Under the pieces are notes generated by a model. It worked only from the letters and a program-made list of their open reading frames with translations. It did not search any database and had not been told where the DNA came from. Positions 1 to 12,500 of a stretch of DNA of 64,000 nucleotides are shown piece by piece. A program made the position numbers and the translations under genes. Source of the DNA: the human T2T-CHM13v2.0 reference genome, Homo sapiens. Every line of letters starts with the position of its first letter. Position 1 is the first letter of the stretch. Where the stretch lies: assembly GCF_009914755.1 (NCBI RefSeq), contig NC_060930.1; one strand, 5' to 3'.

Positions 1-374
1 TTATTTGCTTCTTCTATTCATAGTGTCACAATGTGATTGGCTATAGTATAATCAAATTTCTTAGTACTTATACTCTAATGGGAATATGTCCAGATTAGAT
101 ATCATATAATAAGATATGCTGCTTATGTGGTCTGACAACCAGTACTCCAGAATAATGCCTGTAAACATCAAAGGTGGGTTTTCTTGTTAATAGGTTTTTT
201 TCAAATGGCTTTTTCTAGGTCAGAAATTTCTAAAGACAGTAAGGAAGGATTGACTGAAAAGAATTTAATTGTTGGTATAAAATAAACCATAAAGAGGTTA
301 ATAAATAAGTAAAGCATGAACTTCCAGATTTCAACTAAGACATCAATGTGATTTTAATGGTAACTGAAAGTTAG

Positions 375-665
375 GGCCAGGCACAGTGGCTCATGCAACA
401 CTTAGGGAGGCTAAGGTGGGTGGATCACTTGAGGCTAGGAGTACGAGACCAGACTGGGCAACATGGTGAAATCCCATCTCTACTAAAAAAAAAAAAAACA
501 AGAATTAGCCAGGCATGGTGGCACATGCCTGTAATCCCAACTACTCAGGGGGTTGAGGCACTAGAATTGCTTGAACCTGGGAGGCGGAGGTCACGGTGGG
601 CCGAGATCATGCCACTGCACTCCAGCCTGGATAGAGTGAGACCCTGTCTCAAAAAAATAAAAAAA
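375..665 (+). mobile_element. Alu SINE (old, AluJb/AluSz-like), full length with a ~10-bp deletion near the 5' end
   Basis: Starts GGCCAGGCACAGTGGCTCATGC; has A-rich linker, right arm and A tail. TSD GAAAGTTA at 366-373 and 667-674. Confidence 0.95.
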
Positions 666-769
666 GGAAAGTTAATAGTGTCTTGGGGATAAGCATTATC
701 ATTGAAAGGAATTGCAAACATATTCAGAATTCTGGGGTTTTTTTTTTTTTTTGATTAGTTAGCTAATCT

Positions 770-845
770 AACCATTTATCCATTTATCCAAAAAATATTT
801 ATTGAGAATCTATTATGTGAAAGGCAGTGTGCTTGGCATACATTC
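770..845 (-). mobile_element. L2 LINE 3' tail fragment
   Basis: CATTTATC repeats followed by AAATATTTATTGAGAATCTATTATGTG...GGCAGTGTGCT, the typical reverse-complemented L2 3' end. Confidence 0.55.
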
Positions 846-1290
846 CACACCTTTATAAAAGCTGTCTTTGAGCTGACTATCTTCTGTATCCCTTGCTGGT
901 TACATGTTATCCATTGCTGGTTGCATGACCACACCAAACCATTTTATCCTGTTCACTTGTGTCTGAACTGAAAACAGATTTTCAAAGAATCCCTTCTGAG
1001 AATAAATAAATTCTACCATTGCCCACAGAACGTTTAGGACAGTCCGGTGACTTTGTGACATGCTTTCCTATAGTTTACTGCTTTTGTAATTAATACTTCC
1101 TTACAGAAATGTCTCAGCTCAGATATGCTGGGAAATATGAAAACCATTATTTGTGTTTGGGTAGGAATAGAGTAGCTTTCAGACTGGATGCTACCTGGGA
1201 GAGCCTCCCATTCTTCACCTGAACTAATTCTAGTAATTGAAATTACAATACTCACTGGCTTCTTCCTATTTCACAACATCTAATGTGGAC

Positions 1291-2001
1291 CATGGTCCAC
1301 AAAATCAAATGCCAATGGGATTGAACAAGTAATAAACATGAATGAAGCAAATCGTGGCATAGCAATGATGAATGAGAAGAATGTGGTCATCTGAAAAGTG
1401 CATACTCTGCCTAAAGGACTGGGCATCACTCATGATCACTGAATGTTCCCATATGGGAAATCTGGCCTACTATTGTTAGACCAGATCTTCTCATCTGTAA
1501 GCAAAGACAGAATTCTGGAATGTTATATACAATTTTCAATTAAACTTATAAGTACAATTAAAAATATATCATCTGGCCATTATATGGTTTGGATGTGTCC
1601 CTGCCCAAATCTCATGTCAAATTGGAGGAGGGGCCTGGTGGGAGGTGATCAGATCATGGGGACAGATTTCCTCCTTGCTCTTCTTGTGATAGCGAGTGAG
1701 TTCTCACAAGATCTGATGGTTTAAAAGTGTGTGTCACTTCCTCCTTCACTCTCTTTCTCCTGCTCTGCCATGGTAAAGATGTGCTTGTTTCCCTTTCGCC
1801 TTCCAACGTGATTGTAAGTTTCCCAAGGCCTCCCAGCCATGCTTCCTGTGTAGCCAACAGAACTGTGAGTCAATTAAAACTATTTTCTTCATAAATTACC
1901 CAATCTCAGGTAGTTCTTTGTAGCAGTGTGATAATGAACTAATACAGACCAGAAGGGATTTTTTGTTGTTGTTGTTCCTGAGTTGCCATTTTGTGATCTC
2001 T
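1291..2001 (+). mobile_element. MER102-like hAT-Charlie DNA transposon remnant, interrupted by an MSTA LTR
   Basis: AAATCAAATGCC...AAACATGAATGAAGC...GCCTAAAGG...CCAGATCTTC follows the recalled MER102 consensus. The terminal GTTGCCATTTTGTGATCTCT resumes after the LTR. Confidence 0.6.
1580..1946 (+). mobile_element. MSTA-type MaLR solo LTR
   Basis: TTATATGGTTTGGATGTGTCCC...AAATCTCATGTC...TAAATTACCC...GAACTAATACA. 5-bp TSD GGCCA/GACCA. Confidence 0.9.
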
Positions 2002-2699
2002 CCTGTATGTCCACAGCTGAAAATGATCCACATTCTATCCTACTAGATTTTGGTATTTTAAATTATAATGTCTATTTATGGTTATATTTTGCAATGTGAA
2101 ATATTTTTTCATTTTACTGTTATAGGCAAAACTGGCTTTATAATCAAGTCTAAAAATAAAAAGACTGATTATACTTTAGTAATTTCTAGCTATTTCTTAT
2201 ACATGCAAAAGGAAGAACTAATATTATAATGCCATTTTCTTTCCATCAATCATTATACGGTTTCTAAGAGAATCACCTTTCAATATTTTGAAATCAGAGT
2301 TCTTTAACCAAATTAGGAAATATTCTGAGTGAAATGTTCCCTGAAAGCTCTTTATGAAATAAGTAATAGCATATCAAATTATCAGTGAAGGAACTTAATG
2401 TATGAAAAGTAAGAGAATTCAAAAGAGCTAGATCCATTTCTCTACACCAGAAATTGTTCAAAACTATAATCTCTGCTTTTCCTGCTATTCCAATGTTTGA
2501 ATTCACTGCTGATATACTAAGACCTTGAGCAGTGCTGGCATATAACAGTTAATCCAATATAATTACATTTGTTGGGTGAATAAATGAGTGAATAAAATGA
2601 GAGGAGAATTTAGAAACAGTTAGCAAATAATGAGAATAGTCATAAGGAATTTAAAAAAAGAGAACTGCTTGTGCACCTAGGGGCAAATATGAAAATATG

Positions 2700-2990
2700 T
2701 GCCAATTATCTTAAGTGAAATAACTCAGAAACGGGAAGTCAAATACTGCACATTCTCACTTATAGGTGGGGGCTAAATAAAGTGTACACATGGACATAGT
2801 GTGGAATTGTAGACATTGGAGACTTGAGAGAGTGAGAGAGTAGGATGGGGATGAGGGATGAGAAAGTACTTATGAGCACAATATACATTATTCCAGTGAT
2901 GCTTACACTAAAAGCCCAGACTTCACTATAAAATATAACCATGTAATAAAACTGCACTTGTACCCCTTAAATTTATGCAAATAATAAACA
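2700..2990 (+). mobile_element. L1 3' end fragment (L1MA-type)
   Basis: End of ORF2 (AAGTGAAATAACTCAG...TTCTCACTTATAGGTGGG) plus 3' UTR ending ACTGCACTTGTACCCCTTAAATTTAT and an A-rich tail. Confidence 0.85.
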
Positions 2991-4529
2991 AAGATGTGCC
3001 AGGCATCAGCCAGTTTCAATTTGAATGCGAGGCTATCACATAAGTGAGCTCCAAAGTACATAAGTTGAAATGAGACACAATTAAGAAAATGATCAATATG
3101 TAATTCTTCCTTTAAAAAGATTTGATTATGGGTATCTCTCATAGTTTGGGAAAATGGTGCCATGATTATAATTATGGTAAATACAAAATTAACTGATAAG
3201 ATTGTAGGGCTGTTTAGGTAACAAGTTCTGGACTATAACATGTTCCAAGTCATTGACTTTTCCCCCCAGTGGTTGTATTTACCACTTACAATGATGGCTG
3301 GGGTGGATTTCACAGTACAATAGAACTCAGCCTCTAATTTATTAATCAGATTAAGCTTATAAAGGGCTCAAATAAAACGTCTCTTAGCTAAAAATATTTT
3401 CTTCGTGTAAAAGAATTCAATTTAAGGCCAATGAATCCATTAATGGTTTCCAATCAATCAACGGAATTATTCCACGATTTGATAGATCAACATAGTGACT
3501 TTGTAATGAGCCTATGGAGGAGAAACATATGTGGTTGCCAGCTTATCATTTCACTATCAATGGTGGAATGAAAAATGGACTCTACGTACCCAGCTGGTTT
3601 CCTCGTGAGCAGATTAACAGGTCAAACTTGACTATGACTCTTAGGTAGAATGAGAGTCAGCATTAGATAACCATAAGTAAAGGAGTTTCTCTGTTATTTG
3701 ACTGTATTGCAAAAGCATGACCATCTACAGGGGGTGCTTATGCTTCAAGTGATTCATACAGAACATTAATATACTTGGATTATTTTCCAGTGAATGCATA
3801 TCATCAGACATTGGTTCTCGTTAGTGTACAGACACTGAATCTGGTTGTGATTTTGTATATAGACATTGGTTCTGTTTTCCTATAATGAAATTGGTTCTGG
3901 TTCTCATTTTGTGTAATATTTTGTTTTATTTCAGTAATGACTATAATTTCCTCTAACTTTTACCGAGTTGTGTTTTTGTGGTAAAGTGAATACCCAGCCC
4001 TGCGCACATCTTTGTCACCATCATGTAACCCTCTGTTACTCTAGGGCCACTATGCAGTTGGATGGCATTCCCAGGAAGGAGGACAAGGCAGGAAAGACTG
4101 GAATGAGAAATGGCTATACCAGGCGTGTCTGAGAGGGATGATGACAGACTTAACATAACTGTGAAAGTGGATATAGATGACTCTTCCCTCAAAGGAACCA
4201 TGGATTAAGGAATATAGCAGTAGCTGAGCTGAATACTGTGGCCAATTAAAAATAAATATAGTTATACTAAAAGATGGATATGGGATTCTGTCACTCCTCA
4301 GCCAAGAGTTAGGTTGGGACATAACGACAGATGGGACATAATGGCATGAGAGGAAAATGCGGCCCCAGGATTTGGAAAACTGAGTTACTTTTATTAATTA
4401 TTGGAAAATTCCTAATTCCGTTTTAAAGACATGGCATAATCATCCTGTCTTACTCTAAACTTTGTACCAGCTAGGTTCTATCTTTACCTCCAGAGAGCTA
4501 CCAAAAATTTAGCGAGCATGAACATTGCT

Positions 4530-4600
4530 GTATTATGCATCATATTTAATTCTCACAGCAACCCTGTAAGACCTGCATTTTAATCAATGTTTATTGAACT
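4530..4600 (-). mobile_element. MIR fragment
   Basis: ATTTAATTCTCACAGCAACCCTGTAAG is the reverse complement of the MIR core. Confidence 0.5.
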
Positions 4601-4610
4601 GAATTCTTTA

Positions 4611-4750
4611 TTTTTTTTTAACGGACAGAGTCTCACTATGTTGCCCATGCTGGAGTGCAGTGGCTATTCACAAGTTCAATTATAGCAAATCGCAGCCTCG
4701 GACTCCTGGGATCAAGTGATCCTCCCACCTCAGCCTCCCAAGTAGCTGGA
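4611..4750 (-). mobile_element. FAM (fossil Alu monomer)
   Basis: Poly-T, then GAGTCTCACTATGTTGCCC...GGAGTGCAGTGGCTATTCACA (7SL-type segment absent from dimeric Alu), then CTCCTGGGATCAAGTGATCCTCCCACCTCAGCC. Confidence 0.8.
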
Positions 4751-7700
4751 AGTTATTGAAAGTGGCAGGTATTTATTACACTTCAAGACTGAGAAATTTT
4801 GATATTTTTTCAATAAATCATATGTTGAACTTTTATATATTAACATTAAAAACATATATTTATATTATATAAAAGTTCAATATGGCATGTGAAATAATAA
4901 TGTACAATGAAAGTATAGCATATAGATTGAAATAAACAAATAAGCACGTTAATTACCCTCCTAAGAAATTTTTAGGGAAAGTTTTGCAAGTTTAATAACT
5001 AAATGTAGGTGTTGTTACTGAATAGTATATATTTTTTGTAATTTTTTAGAGATAAAAAGAATACTATAAAAGTATCAACACATCATTTGGTTTATGTAAT
5101 AAATGTGGATATGTATATAAAATGCATTAATGTATTTTTCACTACATTTTATTATCATTTAAAGATGAGCACATATAAGCTGCTTTCTAGGCCAATCATA
5201 GTAATTAAGGTATTGTATGACCAGGACATGTCGTTTCTACATTTTGAGGTAATTAAATGGCATTCCTGAAAGAGAATCTTTTTGGAGCTCATGTTTCTTT
5301 GTTGTGAGAACACTGTCCGTAATGTATTTCTTCAAATTTCAAAGCTGATAAACTTGATTTCTAAATCTTTGGTTATTTTACGACCTGAAACCTCTCACCA
5401 TGAAAATGTATATAAAAAATAAACTATTTTAACATGTATTGATAATACCGTCAGAATGCCAGAAGTCTTCAGACTCACCTCAGCTACAGTTCAAGAAGCA
5501 GCAGCTTGTTTTTGAAGACGGGGATAAAAGTGAAATCTTGAATGGATTCATTGCTTGGCTTTCATATTACATGACAAATCTAATTGTGCACTATTTACCC
5601 CATTCTAGGACAATGTGAATGACATCTGTGTAAAATATGAGTACAATTAAATGCTTTTCCACAGTCATGTGTGTGCTTTGGTGTCTGTCAATGTGTAATT
5701 GAGTTAACACTGAAGTAAAGCGGCTCTGGGTAGCTTTATACGTGTCCTGGAATTATTGCAGAAAAAATAATTCAACAGTGAAAAGAAACAGAAAAGGAAC
5801 TTATCTTGAAAGACTGAGAGACTATGAATTAATTACTTTGCCTCTTCCAATATCAGATTTTGAGTAAATTTTTCGAAAACAGTCATCAAATCCTGTTTCT
5901 ATTTAAAAACTTAATAAATAGATTAGTTGAAAATGCAGAAATGTAAACTCTTGTCAGTGAAGGCAAGCATGAAGTGAACAGCAAAATCTTATTTATAAAA
6001 TGTTTTTGACTTCCATTTTCTGGCATAATGATGTGGTGTTTTGATTGTATAAAGGATACTTTGAATCTAAGAGAGAAATGACTGGTTCTAAGACTAAAAT
6101 AACTAACGGTTCTTTATTAATTTGAGAAAGAGATTAAAACGACCCTAGTAAATTTATCTTTAATCATAAACTGTGTGAAAATTATATAATTTGAAAGTTA
6201 AATTTTTGTCAGGTTCTTTATGTTGCTGACTGAAAACATCTAATTTGCGTATTGAAATCTAAGTAGCATGTCTTCAGGAAACAGAAGTACTTAGAATGCT
6301 GAATTAGCCTCTTTGCTCTGTTTGGAGAAAGTGCTATAATAGATTCTGAGTTAAACTATATGTCTAGGCTAAGGTCCTGAATGGGCTAATGTCCATTAAC
6401 AATCAACAAATTAGTGAATGGCCTTTATTGAAATTTCTTTTCCCAACATAATGGTTTGTTTAACTGATGGCTGATGTGACCATTAGGAGCTATTAGCATG
6501 TTAAGAGGGTATTAAATAAAGCCAACAGTTGGCCTTAGAAACAAAAGGATAAACACAGCACAATTTATTATTTTGCTAGGCTAAGCAAACATGGTTTCAA
6601 TGTATTACTGCCTTCTAACGATGCCAGTTGTCATCTGTTGAATATTCTATTGAGTTAAAAACAAAAGAATCAGGAAATTTATGATCTATTGAACTTCTAG
6701 CTGTTGATATATATCAGCTAATTTTTAGATATTATCTGAGCTAAATATAGACTCATCTAAAATTCCATATTGTATTGGATTTTTTTTCAATCAACTATCA
6801 TTGTTGTGAATAAGGAAAATGCATATTGCAAGCAGATGTGGAGGAAATTGTCTTAAAATGAAGTTAGTTTCTAATGTGTTTCATGTAATGTATGTCAAGG
6901 TAAAGAAGAATCAGGTAGAAGTATTTTAAATAGTACTTGAAATATAGTTAAATGTTCAAAATCCTCGTGTTGATTCTTTACTACTTCTGCTACATTTAGC
7001 TTCCTATTGTTTTTATGTCTAGAACAGTAGACCTAGCAGTGACATACAGAGGTGCTAAGAAGCTCTTTGCATCAACTTGATTTATTCTGTGATTCAAATG
7101 CCCACGTTTTTGAAGTTGTTTTGTTTCTGTTAGTCCATCAGCAAATAAATAGAACTTTTAAAATCTGTGCATTTCCCTAGTCTGTGCCTTCCAGAAAGGA
7201 ATGGATAAAATGACACTTCCAACAGACTCTCTGTATATTGCCTTAGAAATGTGATTTCATTGCCTCTTTCTGTGCCTGAATTTTGATTAATTCAATATTT
7301 ATTGATCACCACCACATGCCAAGCACTCTTCTAGGCACTAAGGACTCTTAATGAACCCAAGAGAGAGAAAAATCCCTGTACTTGTGAATCTTACATTCTA
7401 CTGGGGGAATACACACAACAGAAATAAGTCTAAGTAAAGAGATAGAAACGGTGAGGAGGGGAAACAAGTAGCATTTTAAATAATAATTTGGTTGCCCTTT
7501 ACAGTATTATGATACTACTGCAAAGATTTAAGAGGAGGTAAAGGGGTTTGTCTTTCAGTTATTAGAAGAAAGAACACTATGCAGAAGAAACCACTAGTGC
7601 AAAGGATCTAACGCAGGAACTTACATCATGTGTTCAAGGAGCAGAGTAAAGAAGGCTTGAGGACAGGGGATTTTTGGGAAATAAAGTGAGAAAGGAAAAA

Positions 7701-7795
7701 GCAGGGAGGGCTTTATAGTCATTCCATTGTAGGAATTGTGGGTTTTACTCTAAGCACAATTTCACTTATGTTTTAAGAGGATAACTGAGGCTGCT

Positions 7796-7872
7796 ACAAC
7801 TTAAAATGGATACTCACTATAGCGCTACTTTTAATCTTCATCACAGCCCTAGGATTAGTTTATGAATGAGTC
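7796..7872 (+). pseudogene. MT-ND3: Short NUMT: nuclear copy of the 3' part of mitochondrial ND3
   Basis: Frame 7798-7872 in the vertebrate mitochondrial code reads NLKWMLTMALLLIFITALGLVYEWV, matching the ND3 C-terminal helix and its LxYEW motif with TGA=Trp. It interrupts a colinear L2. Confidence 0.75.
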
Positions 7873-8202
7873 TATTAAGACTAGACCATAAGAAGGCAAG
7901 GGCCCACTAAAGGGGTCCCGATTAGGAGTTGCATGGCAGCGATCCTGGAGGAAGATAAGAGTGGCTTGGTTTAAGGGAGGGGATTAGCAGAACACCAGAA
8001 GCAGTGAAAAGTGGTCTGATTCTGGTTATATTTTGAAGAAAGAACCAAGATTTGGATTGGATGTGAAATGGAAGATGTGAAAGACAGAAAAATCAAGGCC
8101 GGCTGCAAGATTTCTGAAATAAATGACTGGAAAGATGAATTGACATCACCTGAATTGGGAAAGATTGTGGAGTGGAATAAGAGTTCAGCTTTGAACATGT
8201 GG

Positions 8203-8285
8203 TAGGGTTGCCAGATTTAGCAAATAAAAATAGAGGACACCTAATTAAATTTGTATTAATATGTGTATTTAATATGGTAATCCTA
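8203..8285. mobile_element. Internally deleted MER53-like hAT MITE inside the L2
   Basis: TAGGGTTGCCAGATTTAGCAAATAAAAATA...TGGTAATCCTA terminal inverted repeats. Degenerate 8-bp TSD ACATGTGG/ATATGTTG. Confidence 0.7.
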
Positions 8286-9410
8286 ATATGTTGATTTTTA
8301 AATGTCTATTGGATATCTGAATGGAGATGCAAAGATATTTGCAATTCAGGGTCTGGAGTTTGGGGTACAGCTATGAACTGAAATTTTAAGTTTGTGAGTT
8401 AACATGTAGATGGAATTTGAAACCATGAGACCAGATGATACAATAAAAGATGTCAGCATACATAGAAAAGGACAGAAGTTTTTTCTCCTTGCTACAGTGA
8501 GGCTTGGGGCATCTTAACTTTTATCAAGGTTGCGAAGAAGAAGACGGACAACAATGAAGATGAAGAAAGAAAAACAAGAGTAGCACCAAGAAAACCAAGA
8601 GACTGTAGGATGCTCGCAGCCAATGGAAGAAAGCATTTCAAGGAAAAGGTGGTGATCCATTGTGAAGTATCCTGATAGGAACAGTCCAATATAGAGGAAA
8701 ATATTGATAATGCAATAGAGAGAGAGACTAATTGCTGCAGCAATGTCCTTTACAAGATGAGAAGTAATAGGCTTAACTAAACACAAGTAGAAATGAAACT
8801 CAGCATCTAGACTAATAGGCAGAAAGGCAGAAAATACAGTGGCAAATGCTAGCAGGTGGGCAGATGAGGTGGCAGAGTCTGTAGAAGTTCTCTTCTGTTT
8901 GTTTCAATTTTTTCAGTGAATTAGGAAGCAAAACCATAGTTGTAATTCAGGATAGATAAGAAACTATTTGGGGTTTGAAGAAAAAGGAGAAGCATAAGAC
9001 ATGTGTCCAGGTCAGGATTTTAACTGGACTGGCCAAGCATTGTGTGGTTACTGGGCATCAGTAAAGGTCTTCTTAATTGTGGGCATGAATTGAAATTGAA
9101 ACTTACTTAGTATAGTTTTGTGTTATTTGTAGGACATCCACACCAAATTAGGGTATGTGAAAATTAAAGTTAGGATTCTTTAGTAAGTGTTACCTACCTG
9201 GTTTTACCTAATTTGGGTGAGAAATTCTTAAATATAATAGACAGTCCACCATTTACAGGCATCAATCCATAAGAATTCTCAGAGTAAATCTTCTAATTAG
9301 AGATGAATAAAGCTTTGACTGAGCCCCAACTAAGAGAGCTTTGTACACCTTACCATGTAAAAATCATAAAGTGCTTCAGAGAGTAATTTCCACCTTTTCA
9401 CAAGGAAATA

Positions 9411-9559
9411 AAGTTGACCCTTGAACAATGTAGGGGTTAGGGGTGTTGACCATCTCCACAGTCAAAAATCCAGGAATAACTTTTGGATTAGTTTTCCTAA
9501 AACTTAACTGCTAACAGCCTACTGTTGACTGGAAGCCTTATTGAAAATATAAACAATTG
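9411..9559. mobile_element. Tigger2a-type DNA transposon, left part (split by L1)
   Basis: TA followed by the AAGTTGACCCTTGAACAA TIR, then ...CTTAACTGCTAACAGCCTACTGTTGACTGGAAGCCTTA. Confidence 0.85.
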
Positions 9560-12500
9560 CTGGGGATACAAGAAAAATGGCAGATAGGAGGGAGGACTAA
9601 ATTGCAGCTCCCTCTTGAATGGACAGAGCAGCATGTGGACAGACTCACATCATGAACTTTTGCTCTAAGAACTACCACTGGAACATACAAGGAAAGCCAA
9701 GAGAATCCACAGACCCTTTGAAGGAAGCTGATTGCTCCTGTAAGTCCCAGGAGACAGCCAGAAAACTGAGTGCCCAAAGTGTGACAGTGTGAGGAAGATC
9801 CTATGCCCCTGAACACACACTCTCACTGGGGAACCAGAAGGTAGCGATCATGGGAGGAGGATTTTGAACTTACCTGGAGCTGAGACAAGTTTAGAGAGCT
9901 GAATGAAAAACAGGGGTAGAAGAAGCAGTAGGAAGAGCCCTGTGGGCTCTCTAAATCCTCGGGAAAGCCATTTCTGACTTTGTCTTGCAGAGGTCCTTAG
10001 GGGAAGGCTGCCAGAGGAACTGAGGAAAGACCAGAGGGAGGAGGAAACTTCCAGCTGAACTTTGTAACAATTTTGACTGAATGCAAAGTTTCCTGGACAG
10101 AACTCAGGGGAGCAGGGGAATTGGGAGTGCAGATTCAGCACAGAAGCCACAGCAGAAGGGGACGTGAGAAACCTGAAAGCCCTGCTTGCTTTCTCAGCCA
10201 GGACGCTGGTAGCCTGGGGCAAGTCCTCAGCCCTGCTCACCTTTTGCCTGGAAATAAACTTGGCGTTGTTGAGGGGGATGGTGGGAGTGAGACTGGCCTT
10301 TCAGGCTGTGGGCTGTGTGGGAGTGGGGTGAGGCCTCTGGGTGCCAGGTTTCCCCCACTTCCCTGGTGACCTGCATGACACAGCAGAGGCAGCCATAACC
10401 CCTAGGAACATAACTCCATTGGCCTGAGAACCACACCCCCATCCCCTACAGCAGCTGCAGCAAGCCCTGCCCGAGGACAGTCTGAATTCAGGCATGCCTA
10501 ACCTTACCCCCACCAGATATTTTTTCTCTTCCTGCCCTGGTAGCTGAAGACAAAGGTCATAATCTCTTGGGAGCTCTGGGGACCCACCCACTGCCTGATC
10601 CTCCCTATGCTACAGCAGCTGATGCTCTCTTGAAAGCACCACCTCCTGGCATGTGGCCAACAAACACGAAACTATTGCAATAAACAAAACTACAAACAAG
10701 GACCCTCACAGAGTCCATTTCACTCCCCTGCCACATCCACTGGAGCAGGTGCTGCTATCTATGACTGAGAGACCTGAAGATTATTCACATCACAGGACTC
10801 TGTGAAGACACCTTGCAGTACCAGCCCAGAGCCTAGTAACTCCACTGTGTGGCTAGATCCAGAAGAGAAATAACTAATCACTGTAGTTCAGGTCTAAGGA
10901 AGCCACATTCCTACGAGAAGGGGAAGAGTGCTACATCAAGGGAGCACCCTGTGGGACAAAAGAATCTGAATAGCAGCCCTTGAGCCCCAGATTTTTTCTC
11001 TGACATAGTCTACCCAAATGAGAAAGAACCAGAAAAAACAATTCTGGGAATATGACAAAATAAGGTTCTTTAACACTCCCAGAAGATCACACTAGCTCAC
11101 CAGCAATGAATCCAAACCCATAAGAAATCCCTGAATTGCCAGAAAAAGAATTCAGAACATCAATTATTAAGCTAATCAAAGAGGCACTAGAGAGAGGTGA
11201 AGTCCAGTTTAATGAAATAAAAAAAGGATACAAGATATGATGGGAAAAATCTTAATTGAAATAGATAGCATAAATAAAAAATAATGCTTTCTGGAAATGA
11301 AGGACACACTTAGAGAAATGCAAAATGCACTGGAAAGTCTCAGCAATAGAGTAGAACAAGCAGAAGAGAGAATTTCAGAGCTCTAAGACAAGGTTTTCGA
11401 ATGAACACAATCCAACAAAGACAAAAAAAAAGAATTTTAAAAAAGTCCTCCAAGAAGTTTCGGATTATGTTACATGATTAAACCTAAGAATAATTCGTGT
11501 TCCTAAAGAAGATAAACCTAAAAGTTTGGATAACATATTTGAGAGAACAATCAAGGAAACCTTTCCCAACCTTGTTAGAATTCTAGACAACAAGCTTAAG
11601 GAAAACCTATTAAATTTATTACAAAAAGATCATCACCTAGGCACATAGTTATCAGATTATCTAAAGTCAAGGCAAAGGAAAGAATCTTAAGAGCTGTCAG
11701 GTAAAAGCACCTGATAACCTATAAAGGAAAACCTATCAGATTAACAGCAGATTTCTCAGCAGAAATCCTATAAGCTAGAAGGGATTGGGGCCCTATCATC
11801 AGCCTCTTTAAATGGAAAAATTATCAGCCAAGAATTTTGTATCCAGCAAAAGTAAGCTTCATAAATTAAGGAAAGATACAGTCTTTTTCAGACAAACAGA
11901 TGCCGAGAGAATTTGCCACTACCAAGCCAGCACTACAAGAACTGCTAAAAGGAGATCTAAATCTTGAAACAAATCCTTGAAATACACCAACATAGAACCT
12001 CCTTAAAGCATAAATCCCACAGGATCAATAAAACAAAAAAACAATAAACTTTTTTAAAAAGCCAAGGTTATCAAGCAACAAATAGCATGATGAATAGAAT
12101 AGTACCTCACATCTCGATACTAATGTTAAATGTAAATGTCCTCAATGATCCACTGAAAAGATACAGGATGGCAGTGTATTAGGCAGGGTTCTCTAGGGGG
12201 ACAGAACTAACAGGATATGTATATCCTGTTATATATATGAGTTTATTAAGTATTAACTTACAAGATCACAAGGTCCCACAATAGGTTATCTGCAAGCTGA
12301 GGAGAAAGGGAGTGCCACTCTGACTCCCAGCGCTGAAGAACTTGGAGTCCAGTGTTCACAGGAGAAAGATGTAGGCTGGGAGGCTAGGCCAGTCTCTCCA
12401 TTTCACACTTTTCTGCCTGCTTTGTATCTGCTGGCAGCTGATTAGATTGTGCCCACCAGATTAAGGGTGGATCTGCCTTCCCCAGCCCACTGGCTCAAAT

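Larger units (their letters stand above)
7285..8780 (-). mobile_element. L2 LINE, 3' ~1.4 kb, degenerate
   Basis: TTCAATATTTATTGATCACC...CCAAGCACTCTTCTAGGCACT...CTTACATTCTACTGGGG, continuing purine-rich L2 antisense motifs such as AGTGGTCTGATTCTGGTTATATTTTGAAG and AAGAGTTCAGCTTTGAACATG. Confidence 0.8.

Noticed and set aside
393-692. 99-aa ORF, and similar ORFs at 21085-21370, 23555-23895, 26101-26571, 45002-45235 and 48293-48742
   Set aside because: Translations of Alu sequence (e.g. [17 protein letters not shown]), not genes.
887-928. Short tandem duplications (21 bp here; others near 4315, 25776 and 47107)
   Set aside because: Ordinary slippage products.
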